Shown here one piece after another: positions 51,501 through 64,000 of a DNA stretch of 64,000 nt. The stretch comes from Epiperipatus broadwayi (taxonomy: Eukaryota; Animalia; Onychophora), in assembly GCA_028023455.1 (NCBI GenBank), contig JAQFVV010000005.1, positions 19,220,001 through 19,284,000 of the forward strand. Direction: 5' to 3'. Below the pieces are notes generated by a model, which had not been told where the DNA came from, searched no databases, and saw nothing but the letters and a program-made list of their open reading frames with translations. The number at the start of each line of letters is the position of its first letter. Position 1 is the first letter of the stretch. Both the position numbers and the translations under genes were made by a program.

Positions 51501-54500
51501 CATCTCTATAATATTCCGGAAATGGATCTCTCATTATCATCCGTATTTTCCATGGTTCTTGGATAATTATTGTGATCGATGATGATTATGACTTTTATTT
51601 TTATTTTACTGCTAACTATTTAATATCAAATAAACAGCACTGAAAAAACACTTTCAAACTGTTTTACGGTTGAATTCACTAAATCTAATACAGTTATCTC
51701 TATTTTATTTATTTTTATTCTTGTTTGACTCTGCAATTATTACTACATTTGATTACAATTTTATCTCTATTTCATTTATTTTTATTCCTTGTTTGACTCT
51801 GCAATTATTACTACGTTTTTGATTACAATTTATCAATGGCTACTCTACCATCTCCTCTCGGTTCTGGTGGCCTAATTGTTGCTTTTACTTTTATCAACTA
51901 AAACCCCTAACTACTGCCCTCTTACTACTGCTAACATTTCATGTTTAATTCTGCTACTAACATATATATACTTTACTGCCCGTCATATAGAAAATTTCTT
52001 GAATTCTACCTGTCAAATTATTTTGCTAACATATATATTTTTAAACTCTGCTAATTTTATTTATATATATTAACATTCGTTAGATCCGGGTATATTTCTA
52101 TTTTGTTCCTCTTATTTAAGATTAGCAAACATATATATTTATTTACATTATAATTATTGATCCGATTCACGTCTCATTATTTGGTCTAAGAAAAAATTTA
52201 TACACGTTGAAAAAACAAATTACATACAAAAGAATTTAGCCTGGTGACAAAATTTATTTTAGAAGTAACCTCGTTTAGTGAAATTACCCTTAAGCGCCAT
52301 ATCACCAGTTAAAAAATATCCATAGACTGTTAGTTTTCCAACATTAATTTTAAATTATTCCATTTAATCACGAGCACTCATTAAAACATTCGCATTTTTA
52401 TTGATTACAAAATTTTATTTATGATTACATTTCTGAATTCCATACAATAGCCTATTATATCTAGGTCATTACCGTACAAAATTATTATTATGCTATCTTG
52501 CGCGTTCATCCGATAAAACTTTATTTTGACAGAAAAATACAATATTTGAAATATACATAGATTGTCACAATATTCACTTGGGACAATATTTCAGTAATTC
52601 ACACTATACGTACATAGCATGATTTAAGTGAAACAATAAATACAGATGGCTCGTATTGCACTATAGCAAGTTTTGACAAGTTTAAATTATATAGTCTCGG
52701 GGGGGCAAACCCGAGTCAAACAAAACATATGAAATATATACGCAAATAAAACAATATAGCTAATATAGAGTTTGAAAATATTATATATATCAAAACATAA
52801 GGGATTTGAGTGATTAAATAATAACAAAGTACTAAAATTAAGCTACAGGGATGGGGGTGCTTAAATAATCGAGAGGCTCCACATTTGGGCAAGCTAAGGA
52901 TCCAGAAAAAATACCATGTAGCAGTCAGAATCGTCTATCTTGCTAACACACTGCAGAATTCTAAACCCCACACATGAAAGAGAGTTGCCTTCAGATATAC
53001 TAAGTTCAATCTAAAGTCTAAATTTCACAGCACCACCCACGTGATAACGCATTTGGATGCTACTACTAGTATAACCTTTTACCGGTGCCTGGTGGTCAGG
53101 AGAAACAAAAAGACTCTATACTAAGATAAATTTGTGTTGCTAATTTACTTCTATGGATGTACAAAAGAAATGCAGAAAATAGATATATAGACCGAGACAG
53201 TGATAGAATCAATAAAATAAAAGATCAAAATTAGTTTTAAATGATTTCAAAAATTTATTTATATATATATAACACCCTGTCTCATATATGCAGACAGGGA
53301 CACATATTAAATAATTGTTGGCATGACATTACAATAAATTACAAAAAGGTTTTAAAGCAAAATTATATATTCTATCCCTCGGGCTAATAGCATTACGATA
53401 ATGTGCTTAAACATACTAAATGGTTTTACTTGGATTAAGAGAGATGCCCAATCAAATTCCCAGAAATTCATTTAAAAGGGTCTGCACACTCCTCAACGTC
53501 AACGATGAACTTTGTAATTAAAGTAGAACGCAGCATTTAAAATAGGAAAATGCATGCTTGCAGGTTTGAAAAATATAGATTTATTTACGTAATCATGCAT
53601 TTGGGGACACATTTAATCATTGACTCCCGCACATACTTCCTCATATTAGGTTAAAAATCAATAAAATGTAGATTTTAAACTATTTGATTATTATGTATAT
53701 TAAAGAAGATTAGAATCGCCCCCGAACGAGTGATTTGTAAGATAATAAAATTGGGAATTATTATAAATTTAAAAATATGCCTTAATAGCAGCGTCTTACT
53801 TTCAACAAAGGGAATAATTCACTCGGTCAAAGACTATTCTGACCCATTATCATAATAAAATAAAAGAAAGCTTAATAAATAGAAAATATTAACCCAAGGA
53901 TAGAGAGCAAAACTGTTGATTATATTTGAACACATTAAAGAAGTATATAATAAAGTTATGTGAAATAAAAGAAAACAATTTAAAATAGCTATAGCATGTT
54001 TATTAGGAATCACAAGAGCTCTTGGGTTAATTTGGGGTTACCTCTGGAGAAGCATTTGCAGGTAGATTGATGGTCGACATGTTTTATGTGATTCAGCAGC
54101 AAAATCTGGAATTTTTCATATTTTTGGCGGCAGCAGCAGTTCCGGGGTTCGTTATGTGATAGCTTCCGATGGTCTAGAGCAGCAGCTGGCCATTCCCAAA
54201 GGGAAATAGCCTTCTTGCCGGTTCTACTCAGTCATGTCACGGTTAGCATTAGGTGTGGTAAACCTGGTAAATTAATTTGGAGATGAAAACTCGGCTTCAA
54301 ATATAAGTTCGCAGGCATGTAGCTAAAATCTCAGGAAAATATATTTTGAAGAATATTTTACTAGAATATTTTCAATAGAAAATGACTAGAATCATTTCAT
54401 TAGAAACACCAGAATAATTTTGGTTAGAAACATTTCATCAGCAAAAACTAGAATAATTTTGGTTAGAAACATTTCACCAGCAAATGACCAGACAAGAACA

Positions 54501-55280
54501 AAAGAAAACCCTTCCTTTTATAGTGAAATTGAACAATAGAACTGCCCTGGAGCATTACAAAAATATATCGGATTTATCAGCTGTAACTAAACCCATCCGA
54601 ATGTCTAAAGGAATTTAACAAAACTTTAATTAATTTCTATTGTTAATTTCCTTGTCGACATTCGAATTACAAACTAGATTTAATTAAAAATTACTTTTAC
54701 TAATTAAAGAAAACCTTAAGTGGACATCTGCTGTATTTTTAGATAAGCTTCTATAACATTAAATACTTAAACTATTGTCCCTCATTTATTTAAACAGAAA
54801 TATTTGGAATGATTTATTAAATTAAAAGAAAATTATTTTACTTTTTAAATTGCAATATTTGAATCTATTTACTAAATGAATATAAATTTTATTTTAAATC
54901 AAAAATATATTGCGACTGTAATATATTTTTGTAAATAGATTCAAACAAAATAACTTTAATTAACAATTTATAATTTTGATATAAGTTTTAAAATGCATAT
55001 CATAGTGTGTGTGCAATTATGACCTATATAACCTACTTTTAAATAAATCTAAATTATGTGAACATATACATAATCCATAATATTTTATTTATTTGGGCAT
55101 GAGTTATACTTATATATAATATGAGCCTTGTACTCGTGGTTTAAAATTAGGCGGGATTTTCGATATATAAGCATATTGCAGACACACTACGATAGATTGG
55201 GGTTCAAACTAAGGTATGAGGATAGGAAATAGGTGAGAAAAGGTAAAATGAAGATCTGCAAAGCAGACTTTACTGTTTCA
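48508..55280. mobile_element. LTR-retrotransposon-like element: ~1.8 kb direct repeats, ~3 kb internal region without recognisable pol
   Basis: 48508-50333 and 53402-55280 are colinear direct repeats (about 90% by eye), both starting TGT and ending TTTCA. Flanks CTAG/CTAC are a possible imperfect 4 bp TSD. GAGGGAA on the minus strand abuts the left repeat (PPT-like). Confidence 0.6.
50700..51560 (-). pseudogene. Disrupted gag-like/coiled-coil ORF within the LTR-like element
   Basis: MENTDDNERSIS... and VTKLIHELAQVREEQKALQLAF followed by a long S/T/K/N/Q-rich tract with stops and frameshifts. No diagnostic motif. Confidence 0.3.
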
Positions 55281-55749
55281 CTACTAATTACACCAATATA
55301 TCCAATCCATTGACCCAATTTAACTACGAAACAAATAACCTAAGATTACCCTCCCTAATTAATTAATATAACTTTACAAATCTATACAGCCATTCATTCC
55401 CAACTTAAATTTAACATTTATTTAAATTCGCACAGATGAATTTTATAAAATTTGTTTTATAATGTTGAGTATAGATCGGCTGCATAGATTCCACGGTCAA
55501 AAACATTTCAAAATAAACATAACCGATCAAAATACAAAGTCATCAATAACGTCAATTGCAGAGGGAATACAAGAAACCCAATGGCATTCATCATAAGATG
55601 CTGCATTGACATCGATGACTTATATATTCTAATCGAATATGAAAACCACAACATAATTAACCGCTAATGAATCCATGCAATGTCCATACCCAACTTAAAT
55701 TTATGCATTTAAATAATTTATACAAAAAGATTAATAAGAAATGGAAATG

Positions 55750-56400
55750 GAAATTATTTTAGCCAACTTAACTATGTAAAATTTAAACATCAATAATTGA
55801 TTTGGAAACTTTAAGTCATATAAAAGTTCATAAAAAAAAAATTATGCTTAGCTTGTTAAATCTTTAAAGTTCTCAATTATTTGTAGTCAAATTTTTCCAT
55901 TTACACCTTACAGTAGAAGATCTCATGGTTCCTGTTGTCAATTCCCACAAAGACTTTCATGGAAGACCTGTCTGATATTCTGGAGGTAGCCTTAGCTGGT
56001 TCCATTCTGGTATCACAGTCATTTCATTTTTAAAATAAGTGTGAGAGAACGACAAGTGCGTCTTATCGTTCTTCTCACAAAATCAAGTTGGAACTGTCAT
56101 GAAATTGTTTTAATTTTTAATTGTTTTCTTTTTATAATGATCCTCTGGATTCAATGAACAAAAAATGTCACTGTTCCATTTTTTCGTTATGGTCTGGGCC
56201 TTTATTGCTGCTTCTATATTGGACAAGCTAATTCTTTTCATTCTCTTATCTATATCTTTTAACTGACTTTTTCTATAAGAGCCCCGAGGGCTAGTTTGTT
56301 TTCCAATTAATTTATAAAACAATCATTTCCATTTCCAAAGATTATATATAAATCTTTTTACAAAAATATTTTATCTTTACATCTTGTACTTTTTTCTAAA
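55750..56400. repeat. Diverged third copy of the family forming the 22-29 kb inverted repeat
   Basis: TGGAGGTAGCCTTAGCTGGT (~55981) and AATCATTTCCATTTCCAAAGATTA (~56320) match the right arm in the same order. Confidence 0.5.
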
Positions 56401-56643
56401 AAAAATACGTTCAAATACCTCTTCTTTTTTTTTTTTTATTTAAAAAAAGAAATAATATTTTTTTAAAGTTTTGCATCTGTTTGAATATATATACGTATAC
56501 ATGTTTAACAACTCTTTTAATTTTTTTAGCTTTTAGTTTTTTAATAAATTTATTTTTATTTGTGAACTTAGTTTTTATTTTAAATTAATGTAACGGCATA
56601 TTTATATGTCGTTACAATATATATATATTTCAAATAAAAAGTG

Positions 56644-56932
56644 TAACGGTTTACAAACTATTATAAACAATCCTTAAATTCACAGAAGTAATTTCGGTTA
56701 ATTTCTTAAACCTGCCTCAACTGCCATTAAATGAAAAAAAAAAAGCGGAAGCAAACGTCATCAATTCAAATCCCATGAATCTCGTATTTTAATGTGAGAT
56801 TTGAATTGATGATGTTTGCTTTTACTTTGTTTTGTTTTTTTGAATTTAATGGCAGTTGAGGCAGGTCTAAGAAATTAACCGAAAGTACTTTTGCGGATTT
56901 AAGGATTGTTTACAATAGTTTGTAAACCGTTA
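56644..56932. mobile_element. ~290 bp near-perfect palindrome (MITE/fold-back)
   Basis: TAACGGTTTACAAACTATT... / ...AATAGTTTGTAAACCGTTA; ~135 bp arms with a short loop, TA at both ends. Confidence 0.75.
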
Positions 56933-59900
56933 AATTTATTATTTCAATTATAATTACAATTTTGTTTTAATTAACGGACATTTTATTTATATTACATATA
57001 TAGATGGTATATTGCTTTTGATTATAATGTAATTTAGCATATCAATTATTTAATTTCATTAATATTTGCACTCATCCATAAATCTGAATAGTATACCCAT
57101 TAATGTTTTGGGCTTTCAGTTTATTTTTGGCATTAATTTACTTTTTTTATTATGCAGTCTCATGTTTTTTCTTGCCTTGTGTTATGTACTGTTAGAGGTA
57201 TGCCTGTTTTAACACAAATATTACATAGGGTATAGTGATTTTTTAAATTTGAAAATTCATTGAATGTGTATAACATAAGATAAATTCAATTATTTTATTA
57301 TATCAGAACGAAAAACAGTAATAAACTCTCCTATAAAGTACAAGATTTGATGTACTGGCACATACCATTACTATTTATCTATATTTGCAGCTGCCTTTTA
57401 TTAATTCTACATTTGTATCACTTGTTATTAAAAGATATAATGGTTAATGGTTGCATGTTTTCACTGCTGTGAAGTACAGATTCTTTCTACTAGTTATAAG
57501 CAAAGTTTTGGAAATCCAGTTTTTACATTTTGTAATAAAAGTTGGTTGTTTATTTATACAATTAATTAATACAATTTATTTAAATGTTCACTGAATCTAT
57601 AAATTAAGGCAAGATGAATTTACTTTATTAGGTGAACTGAGTGAGTTCATTTAATCAGGCTGCTCACTGCAATATGAAAAAAAATTATTGAAACATTGTC
57701 CACTTTATCTTGAGACTGTTGTTAAATGTTGAGAATTTCAGCATAATTTGATATGACTGATCATTTTCTGCTATCCTTGGCATTTTTATTGTTTCTTTTC
57801 TAACAATAATCTTCTTCTTTTTGGTAAATCCAGATTTATCTTGATGTTGGTACTATAAATTCAAATCATATGACCCTTCAGATACATTTATATACTTTTG
57901 TTGCCTTGGATCCTGGTTGACCATTACATAACAAATTACATTTGTGGTCTCTCTTTATTTTCATTACTAAAATATTTGCTTTCTTTGGAAAACTTACTGG
58001 GTGATGTTTGGTAGTTTGGGATTTTCAAATGTACACGTCTGATTTTAGAACTGTTTCATAAAGCAAACCTTTCCCAATAATATTTTTTGTGAGGTCAAAT
58101 GCTATATTTGAAATAAAGTAAAAATAATGATGTAATGGAGTGAAATGTTGTGATAAAATAAGTTTGTGGCATGATATTTTTGCAGGTAGAAAATATTTGT
58201 GCTTCAATAGATAATTAGAAGACTACTAAATTTTAAAGATCTAGTTAAGCTGATTACAATAAAAGAATTGTTCATGATCCAGAAATAGAAACTACCATTA
58301 AATAATTAGCTTGGTAATCAGACTCTAAAATGTCTTTGGTATGCAAATGTAATTAAAGGATTATAACATTTCTAATTGGTAAAAATCTGGAACAGAAAAA
58401 ATATCAACTTTAATAGGACACACACTGGCATTGTGAAGTTGCTATAGATGTGAAGAAAACATTAAATGCAAGACCAAAATTTCAGGTATGTAAGCAGACT
58501 ATCTACCATTTTCCACTACTGAAGGTGTCAAAGTTGACCAAGGGACTTCAGCAGGCCACATTGGCCTTACTGTTATTTTATGAGCCCTACAACTGTCTGT
58601 ACATAAGTACTAGTTTTAGTATCTTTAATCTTTTATATATTGTTATATTTCTGACTTAATAAATGGCAGGTTACATTTAGTTAAATCTATTTATATAGGG
58701 TTTTATTTCTCCTTATTAGATCACCTTTACCATGACTGCAGTATTTGTGATGTGTGTACACAGTACTAAGGTAAGCCAATAGATATCCAGAAATGCCTTC
58801 ACCAAAAAATCATTATAAATGCATTTCGGCCCAATCATGAAATGCTGGGGCATAATTATGATCTTTTCCTCCTTAAACCAATGTCTTATAAAAATTAATT
58901 AAAAACCTAAAGCAAATTTTCTCCTCCTTGAACCAGTGTCTGTTGCTCATATAGACAATAAGTTACATTTATTACTTTTATCGTGGAAAAGGAAAGCAAT
59001 GGTACCACTTTGTCTATTTACTTATCATTTTATATGTCAAAAGGAATTTCTCTACATAATTCTTATAAAATGACTATTTGAATCACTGATTTTTGAGTAT
59101 ATTAGTCTGCAAGATCATTGCCATTTTATTTCATCAGTCTGGCGAAAGTACTACAGTTTTTGTGCATACATAAGCCCCATTTTACTTGTTTGGAATATTA
59201 TTTTTTTCTACGTTGTTTATTGCTTTGAAGTAAGATTTATTTTCCATTTCTGAGTTTTTGTCTTAATAATTTGTATCAAATTATATCAGAAAAATTTTGT
59301 TGCTGTTATATATTTGACACAATTAATAATTTTATATAAAATAATGTATTTTAATGGTTGTATTTTTATGTGTATTCAAATTTTGTAGATCTGATAAAGA
59401 CTGCATGGTACAGTCAAAACTGTAATCAATATTAAAAGTTTTTTTGCTGAAAAAGTGAAATGTGGAAGATTTTTCAAATTCAATATTATATATGAAGACA
59501 GCAAAAACAGAGGAGGAAAAAAAGAATTTAGAAGGACTTTAAAAGATGTTTGTTAACATATTTAATTAAGATATATGTTATAGAACATATAAAAAGTCAG
59601 ATGTTACAAAATTGATAAAATATATAGATTAATTAAAGTTATTCACAATTTACTTTGATAATTTACAAAAATTATAATGGTCTGATTAACTACAGCTTAA
59701 TCTAGGCTACTATTGATATTTGCAGAAGTCAGTAACTATAGAGGACTTAGTATCTTCACAGATCCTTCATTGAACCTTGTTAAAATTAGAATCAAGAATT
59801 GCTTCTAGGGTTAGTCATACATAGATTTTCGTAGTTACTTGTAATTAATTTCTAGAATACATTGTTGTTGTTTTTTTATTAACCATCTGATAGAATGCTA

Positions 59901-62206
59901 TTTAAAGCAGCAGTAGTCATCAAATTATGTGCCTATTTAAAAACACTATTAATCAGACTGATTGTTATTTAAAAATATTATTCAGAACGAGCCCGTAATT
60001 ACAGGCATGCGTATTTACTTCATCATAAAATACGGGTTAGGCATATATTTGATGTACAAAATTCATTTTTCTTTTTTTACGTTTAGCTTTTGTCAGCTAT
60101 CAATATTATTATATATACAAGATTAGATAAGGGGGCATAGTAGTAAGGTTTTATATATTTATTACTTTATGCATCATCATCTCTTTAATTTCAGACAGAA
60201 AAAAAGATCATAGTACAAATGTCGATATTCTAAAGATTTTATTATTGGGAAATGGGCCGAGACATAGTTATTTGTTTATAAACACTAAACGTACAAAAAA
60301 ATTTAATTTGGAGTAAATATACGATTTAAGTAAAAATAAAACATAGTTTAGTGTCTATGCTACTTTATCTTTATTCCAGCAACAGATGAGTACATTTAAA
60401 TACTTATCAGCTTTTTCGATCCAAAATTCTTTTCAGATTACCATTTATTTAAATATAATTATTATACACTTACTGATATATATAATTTAAAGTATGTGCA
60501 CTTTCCATATGATAATTGGTATAGTTTTTATTAATTTTGTTTTGATGTTGTAATAAGTGATTCGTATAAAATGAAAACAGTTCTCAATAAATTTTTTAAA
60601 AATGTCGCCACCTTTTAACAATGGGGTTTAATAAGTCTAATTAAATATATGTGTATATATAAGCAAAACGTAAATAACTGTAGTATTACGATTACTTACA
60701 TAGTTTTTAGTACATTGTTATTAATTATTATATGCATTGTTAGTAATTTAAATAGATGTCCAAACTGGAAGCGATTCGAAAAATGTAAATACAGCCCAAT
60801 ATTGTTGCAAAGCAAAAGTCACATGATCAAACGCTTAGCTTGAACGTCATTTTGAGAGTATTATCTTAGGGATATTCCTGATACTTTCTTCTTCTTAGGT
60901 GTATATGTATAAGTTTTATAAATATTAAAATTGATCAAATAAAAGGATTGTACACCCTGTAATTAAGCATGCAATTTGAAAAACTGTTAGGTAAGTTTTA
61001 TAATTATGTTTTTGATCTAATTTAAATGTTATGTCTTGGGCTTGAAGGTATTCCGTGCAATAAAAAAAATATTTGTGGAAAATATTTTAGGATATGTTTT
61101 AAGACGCCATTTAATCTGAAATTCTCCTTTCTGAACAGTTATAATTGTTTTTTAAAAATATTCATTCAATTTTAATATTTATCGTCATGAATCAAATCTG
61201 GAGAAAGTGTCATCTTTATTATTGACCTACATTTTAATTGTTTTTCATGCTTTGTTAAAAGATGCTCTATTTAATACATCCCCTATCTTGAATGTTTGTA
61301 AATATATGTCTAATTCTAGTTTTTTTTTTTTTTTTAATGATTGTATGAATTTTGGAAATTTAACTCATCATCTTTGGCTTGTGTATAATTCTATGTGTTG
61401 ATTTATTTAAAATATCACATAGACAGAGGGTCTATACCATTCCCACAACTAACTTTTTTTAAAAATAAAAATATCCTGCAAATATTTTCTATTAATAAAT
61501 TAAATAACATTTGGGAAATTATTCCATATAGGTTTGCCGTTTGTTACTTGAATAACTGCGAATTTGAAATTTTCAATTGCTCATAAATTACGAAAATTGA
61601 ATTAAGTTATCCTAAAATAAAAATATTTATTGGATTCGAATATTTTTCTCATAGCCGATTTTCAGAATTTGTAAATTGAAAATACTATTCATAAATCGAA
61701 ATTATATTAGTAATATAATTAAATCTTAGTATGCAGAAAAATAAAAAAAAATCCTTTGTTTGTAGACAAATTCAAGCTACACAAAACTTGAATGCAGGCC
61801 CTTTAAGAACATGAGCTGAAAATATTTTCCTCGTTTGTTCAAAGTCTAAAGTCGAACAGGTTTTAAATCCGATCATTAGCAGTCTCTTGTAAACCAGTAT
61901 GGCAATTCTAACCCTAGGCAAGTAAAAATAAAAAGTAGAAAAGCTAAGATATAAAAAATATTTAGGCTGAATCTTGCAATGACTATACAAATCGCTTATT
62001 GAATTATAAGTGTTTCTACATATGTTACATTCTAGTCTTTTTGTTTATTTTGTTTACAATTCTGTTTTTAACTTCTTGAGCAGCAATTTCATTTTAATAG
62101 GCAAAAATCTCCATACAGTAATGCTACTTAGCGCAAGCCAGAGTAATCAATGGAATGCCAAAAGGCTTGTGCATAAAATCTCTATCTAGTGCCCACTTAT
62201 CCAGTA

Positions 62207-62246
62207 TCCCGACTAGTTTCTAGCTTTTGGCTTTCGTCAGTGAGGA
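62207..62246 (-). ncRNA. Hammerhead, subfamily A; core intact, helix I 3' strand shortened by 2 nt
   Basis: TCCTCA CTGACGA AAGC-CAAAA-GCTA GAA ACTAGT C GGGATA. Confidence 0.6.
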
Positions 62247-62634
62247 TCTTTGGATCAGAGTGCACTGCACCTAGATCTTAGGATCTAATGCAACCCTCCA
62301 CCAGCTACCTTTTATCTCTACTTAACTACAAAACTATGAGTCTAAAATTTGAAAACAATATTTTCAATCCAAACTCATTAGCTTATATAGTCATATGTTT
62401 GAACTCAATTCAGTACCCATACATTTTGGTGTCTGGTTCTTTAATAATTATCACTATCCTATTAGGCAGGATTGGTAGTAAACAACTAAACATCACATGA
62501 TCACTATTTCTTATGCTTGCTTATAACTGTTATTAAAACAAACAAAACTCTCTGTACAGTAGTGCAAGCCAGAGTAATCAATGGATGCCAGAAAACGTGC
62601 ATAAAATCCCTATCTAGTGCCTACTCATCCAATA

Positions 62635-62676
62635 TCCCCAGACTAGTTTCTAGCTTGTGGTTTTTGTCAGTGAGGA
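62635..62676 (-). ncRNA. Degenerate hammerhead, subfamily A (CUGACAA; helix II disrupted)
   Basis: TCCTCA CTGACAA AAAC-CACAA-GCTA GAA ACTAGT C TGGGGA. Confidence 0.55.
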
Positions 62677-63064
62677 GCTTTGGATCTGAGTGCACTGCAC
62701 CTACATCTTAGGATCTAATGCAACTCTCCAGCAGCCATCTTTTATCTCTACTTAACTACAAAACTATGAGTCTAAAATTGAAATCACACAATATTTTTAA
62801 TCCAAACTCATTAGCTTATATAGTCATAGGTTTGAGCTCATTTTGATGTCTTTGGTTCTTTAATAACCATCACTATCCTATTATGTAGGATTGGTAGTAA
62901 ACCACTAAACATCACATGATCACTGTTTCTTATGCTTGCTTATAACTGTTATAAAACGGACAAAACTCTCTGTACAGCAGTGCCACTCAGTGCAAGCCAG
63001 AGTAATCAGTGGATGCCAGAAGACTTGTGCATAAAATCCCTATTTAGTGCCTACTCACCCAATA

Positions 63065-63106
63065 ACTCCAGACTAGTTTCTAGCTTGTGGTTTTTGTCAG
63101 TGAGGA
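63065..63106 (-). ncRNA. Degenerate hammerhead, subfamily A (CUGACAA; helix II disrupted)
   Basis: TCCTCA CTGACAA AAAC-CACAA-GCTA GAA ACTAGT C TGGAGT. Confidence 0.55.
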
Positions 63107-63617
63107 GCTTTGGATCTGAGTGCACTGCACCTACATCTTAGGATCTGATACAACCCTCCAGTAGCCACTTTTTATCTCTACTTAACTACAAAACTATGAG
63201 TCTAAAATTTTAAAACCCCAAAAATATTTTCAATCCAAACTCATTAGCTTATATAGTCATATAGGTCTAAACTCAGTTCAGTACCCATACACTTTGGTTC
63301 TTTAATAACCATAACCACCACTATCATATTAGGAGGATTGGTATTTAACCACTAAACATCACATGATCACCATTTCTTATGCTTGTTCATAATAGTTATT
63401 AAAACAGCAAAACTCTCCATACAGTAATGCCACTCAGTGCAAGTCAGAGTAATCGAGTTCAGACCTATATGACTATATAAGCTAATGATCTTGGATTGAA
63501 AATATTGTGTTTTCAATTTCAGACTCATAGTTTTGTAGTTAAGTAGAGATAAAAGGTAGCTGCTGGAGGGTTGCGCTAGATCCTAAGATCTAGGTGCAGC
63601 TCTCTCAGATGCAAAGC

Positions 63618-63659
63618 TCCTCACTGATGAAAACCACAAACTAGAAACTAGTCTGGGGA
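63618..63659 (+). ncRNA. Hammerhead, subfamily A; core intact, helix II disrupted
   Basis: TCCTCA CTGATGA AAAC-CACAA-ACTA GAA ACTAGT C TGGGGA. Confidence 0.55.
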
Positions 63660-64000
63660 TATTGGATGAGTAGGCACTAGATAGGGATTTTATGCACAAG
63701 TCTTCTGTTGTCCATTGATTATTCTGGTTTGCACTGAGTGGCATTACTTTTTGGAGAGTTTTACCTGTTTTAATAATAGTTATGAACAAGCATAAGAAAT
63801 GGTGATCATGTGATGTTTAGTTATTTAATACCAACCCTGTCTAATAAGATAGTGGTGACTATGGTTATTAAAGAACCAAAGATACCAAAGTGTATGGCCG
63901 CTGAACTGAGTTCAGATCTATATGACTATATAAGCTAATGAGCTTGGATTGAAAATATTATTATGTTTTCAAATTTTTGACTCGTAGTTCTGTAGTTAAG

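Larger units (their letters stand above)
62100..64000. mobile_element. Older subfamily-A hammerhead array: ~430 bp units, minus-oriented to 63454, plus-oriented from 63455; runs off the window
   Basis: Predicted cleavage positions at 62210/11, 62640/41 and 63070/71 (period 430); inversion junction GTAATC|GAGTTCAG. Confidence 0.88.

Noticed and set aside
60805-61000. E-box GTCACATGA with nearby donor-like sites as a possible plus-strand promoter
   Set aside because: Single short motifs without a downstream coding exon; not supportable from sequence alone.
61772-61920. Possible terminal exon on the minus strand (cctag|G GTT AGA...GCT TGA)
   Set aside because: No recognisable protein similarity and no supporting upstream exons within the window.

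Overview
AT-rich animal (invertebrate-like) genomic DNA, not prokaryotic, with one 500-N assembly gap (47096-47595). The only host gene I can support is an LRRC47 orthologue (LRR + B3/B4 domain) on the minus strand. Its first three coding exons (41117-40352, 16880-16663, 1663-1547) are separated by 23.5 kb and 15 kb introns, and it continues past the left edge. The rest is transposon-rich: RTE-type LINE relics, Ty3/gypsy pol fragments, a decayed hAT transposase inside a composite hAT element, palindromic MITEs, a ~6.5 kb fold-back and a 6.8 kb LTR-like element. The main discovery is a system of 14 minimal type I hammerhead-ribozyme motifs in three related repeat subfamilies, six with intact cores and helices. 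Helix III is a different palindrome in each subfamily (ACUAGU, AUCAUGAU, ACCAUGGU). The motifs sit in 408-457 bp tandem units with inversions and target-site duplications, and some inversion junctions fall at or next to the predicted cleavage site. A Penelope-type GIY-YIG relic lies nearby. This fits retrozyme or Penelope pseudo-LTR-derived self-cleaving, possibly circular RNAs. Ribozyme activity, novelty and all family assignments are by-eye inferences and need assays and database searches.
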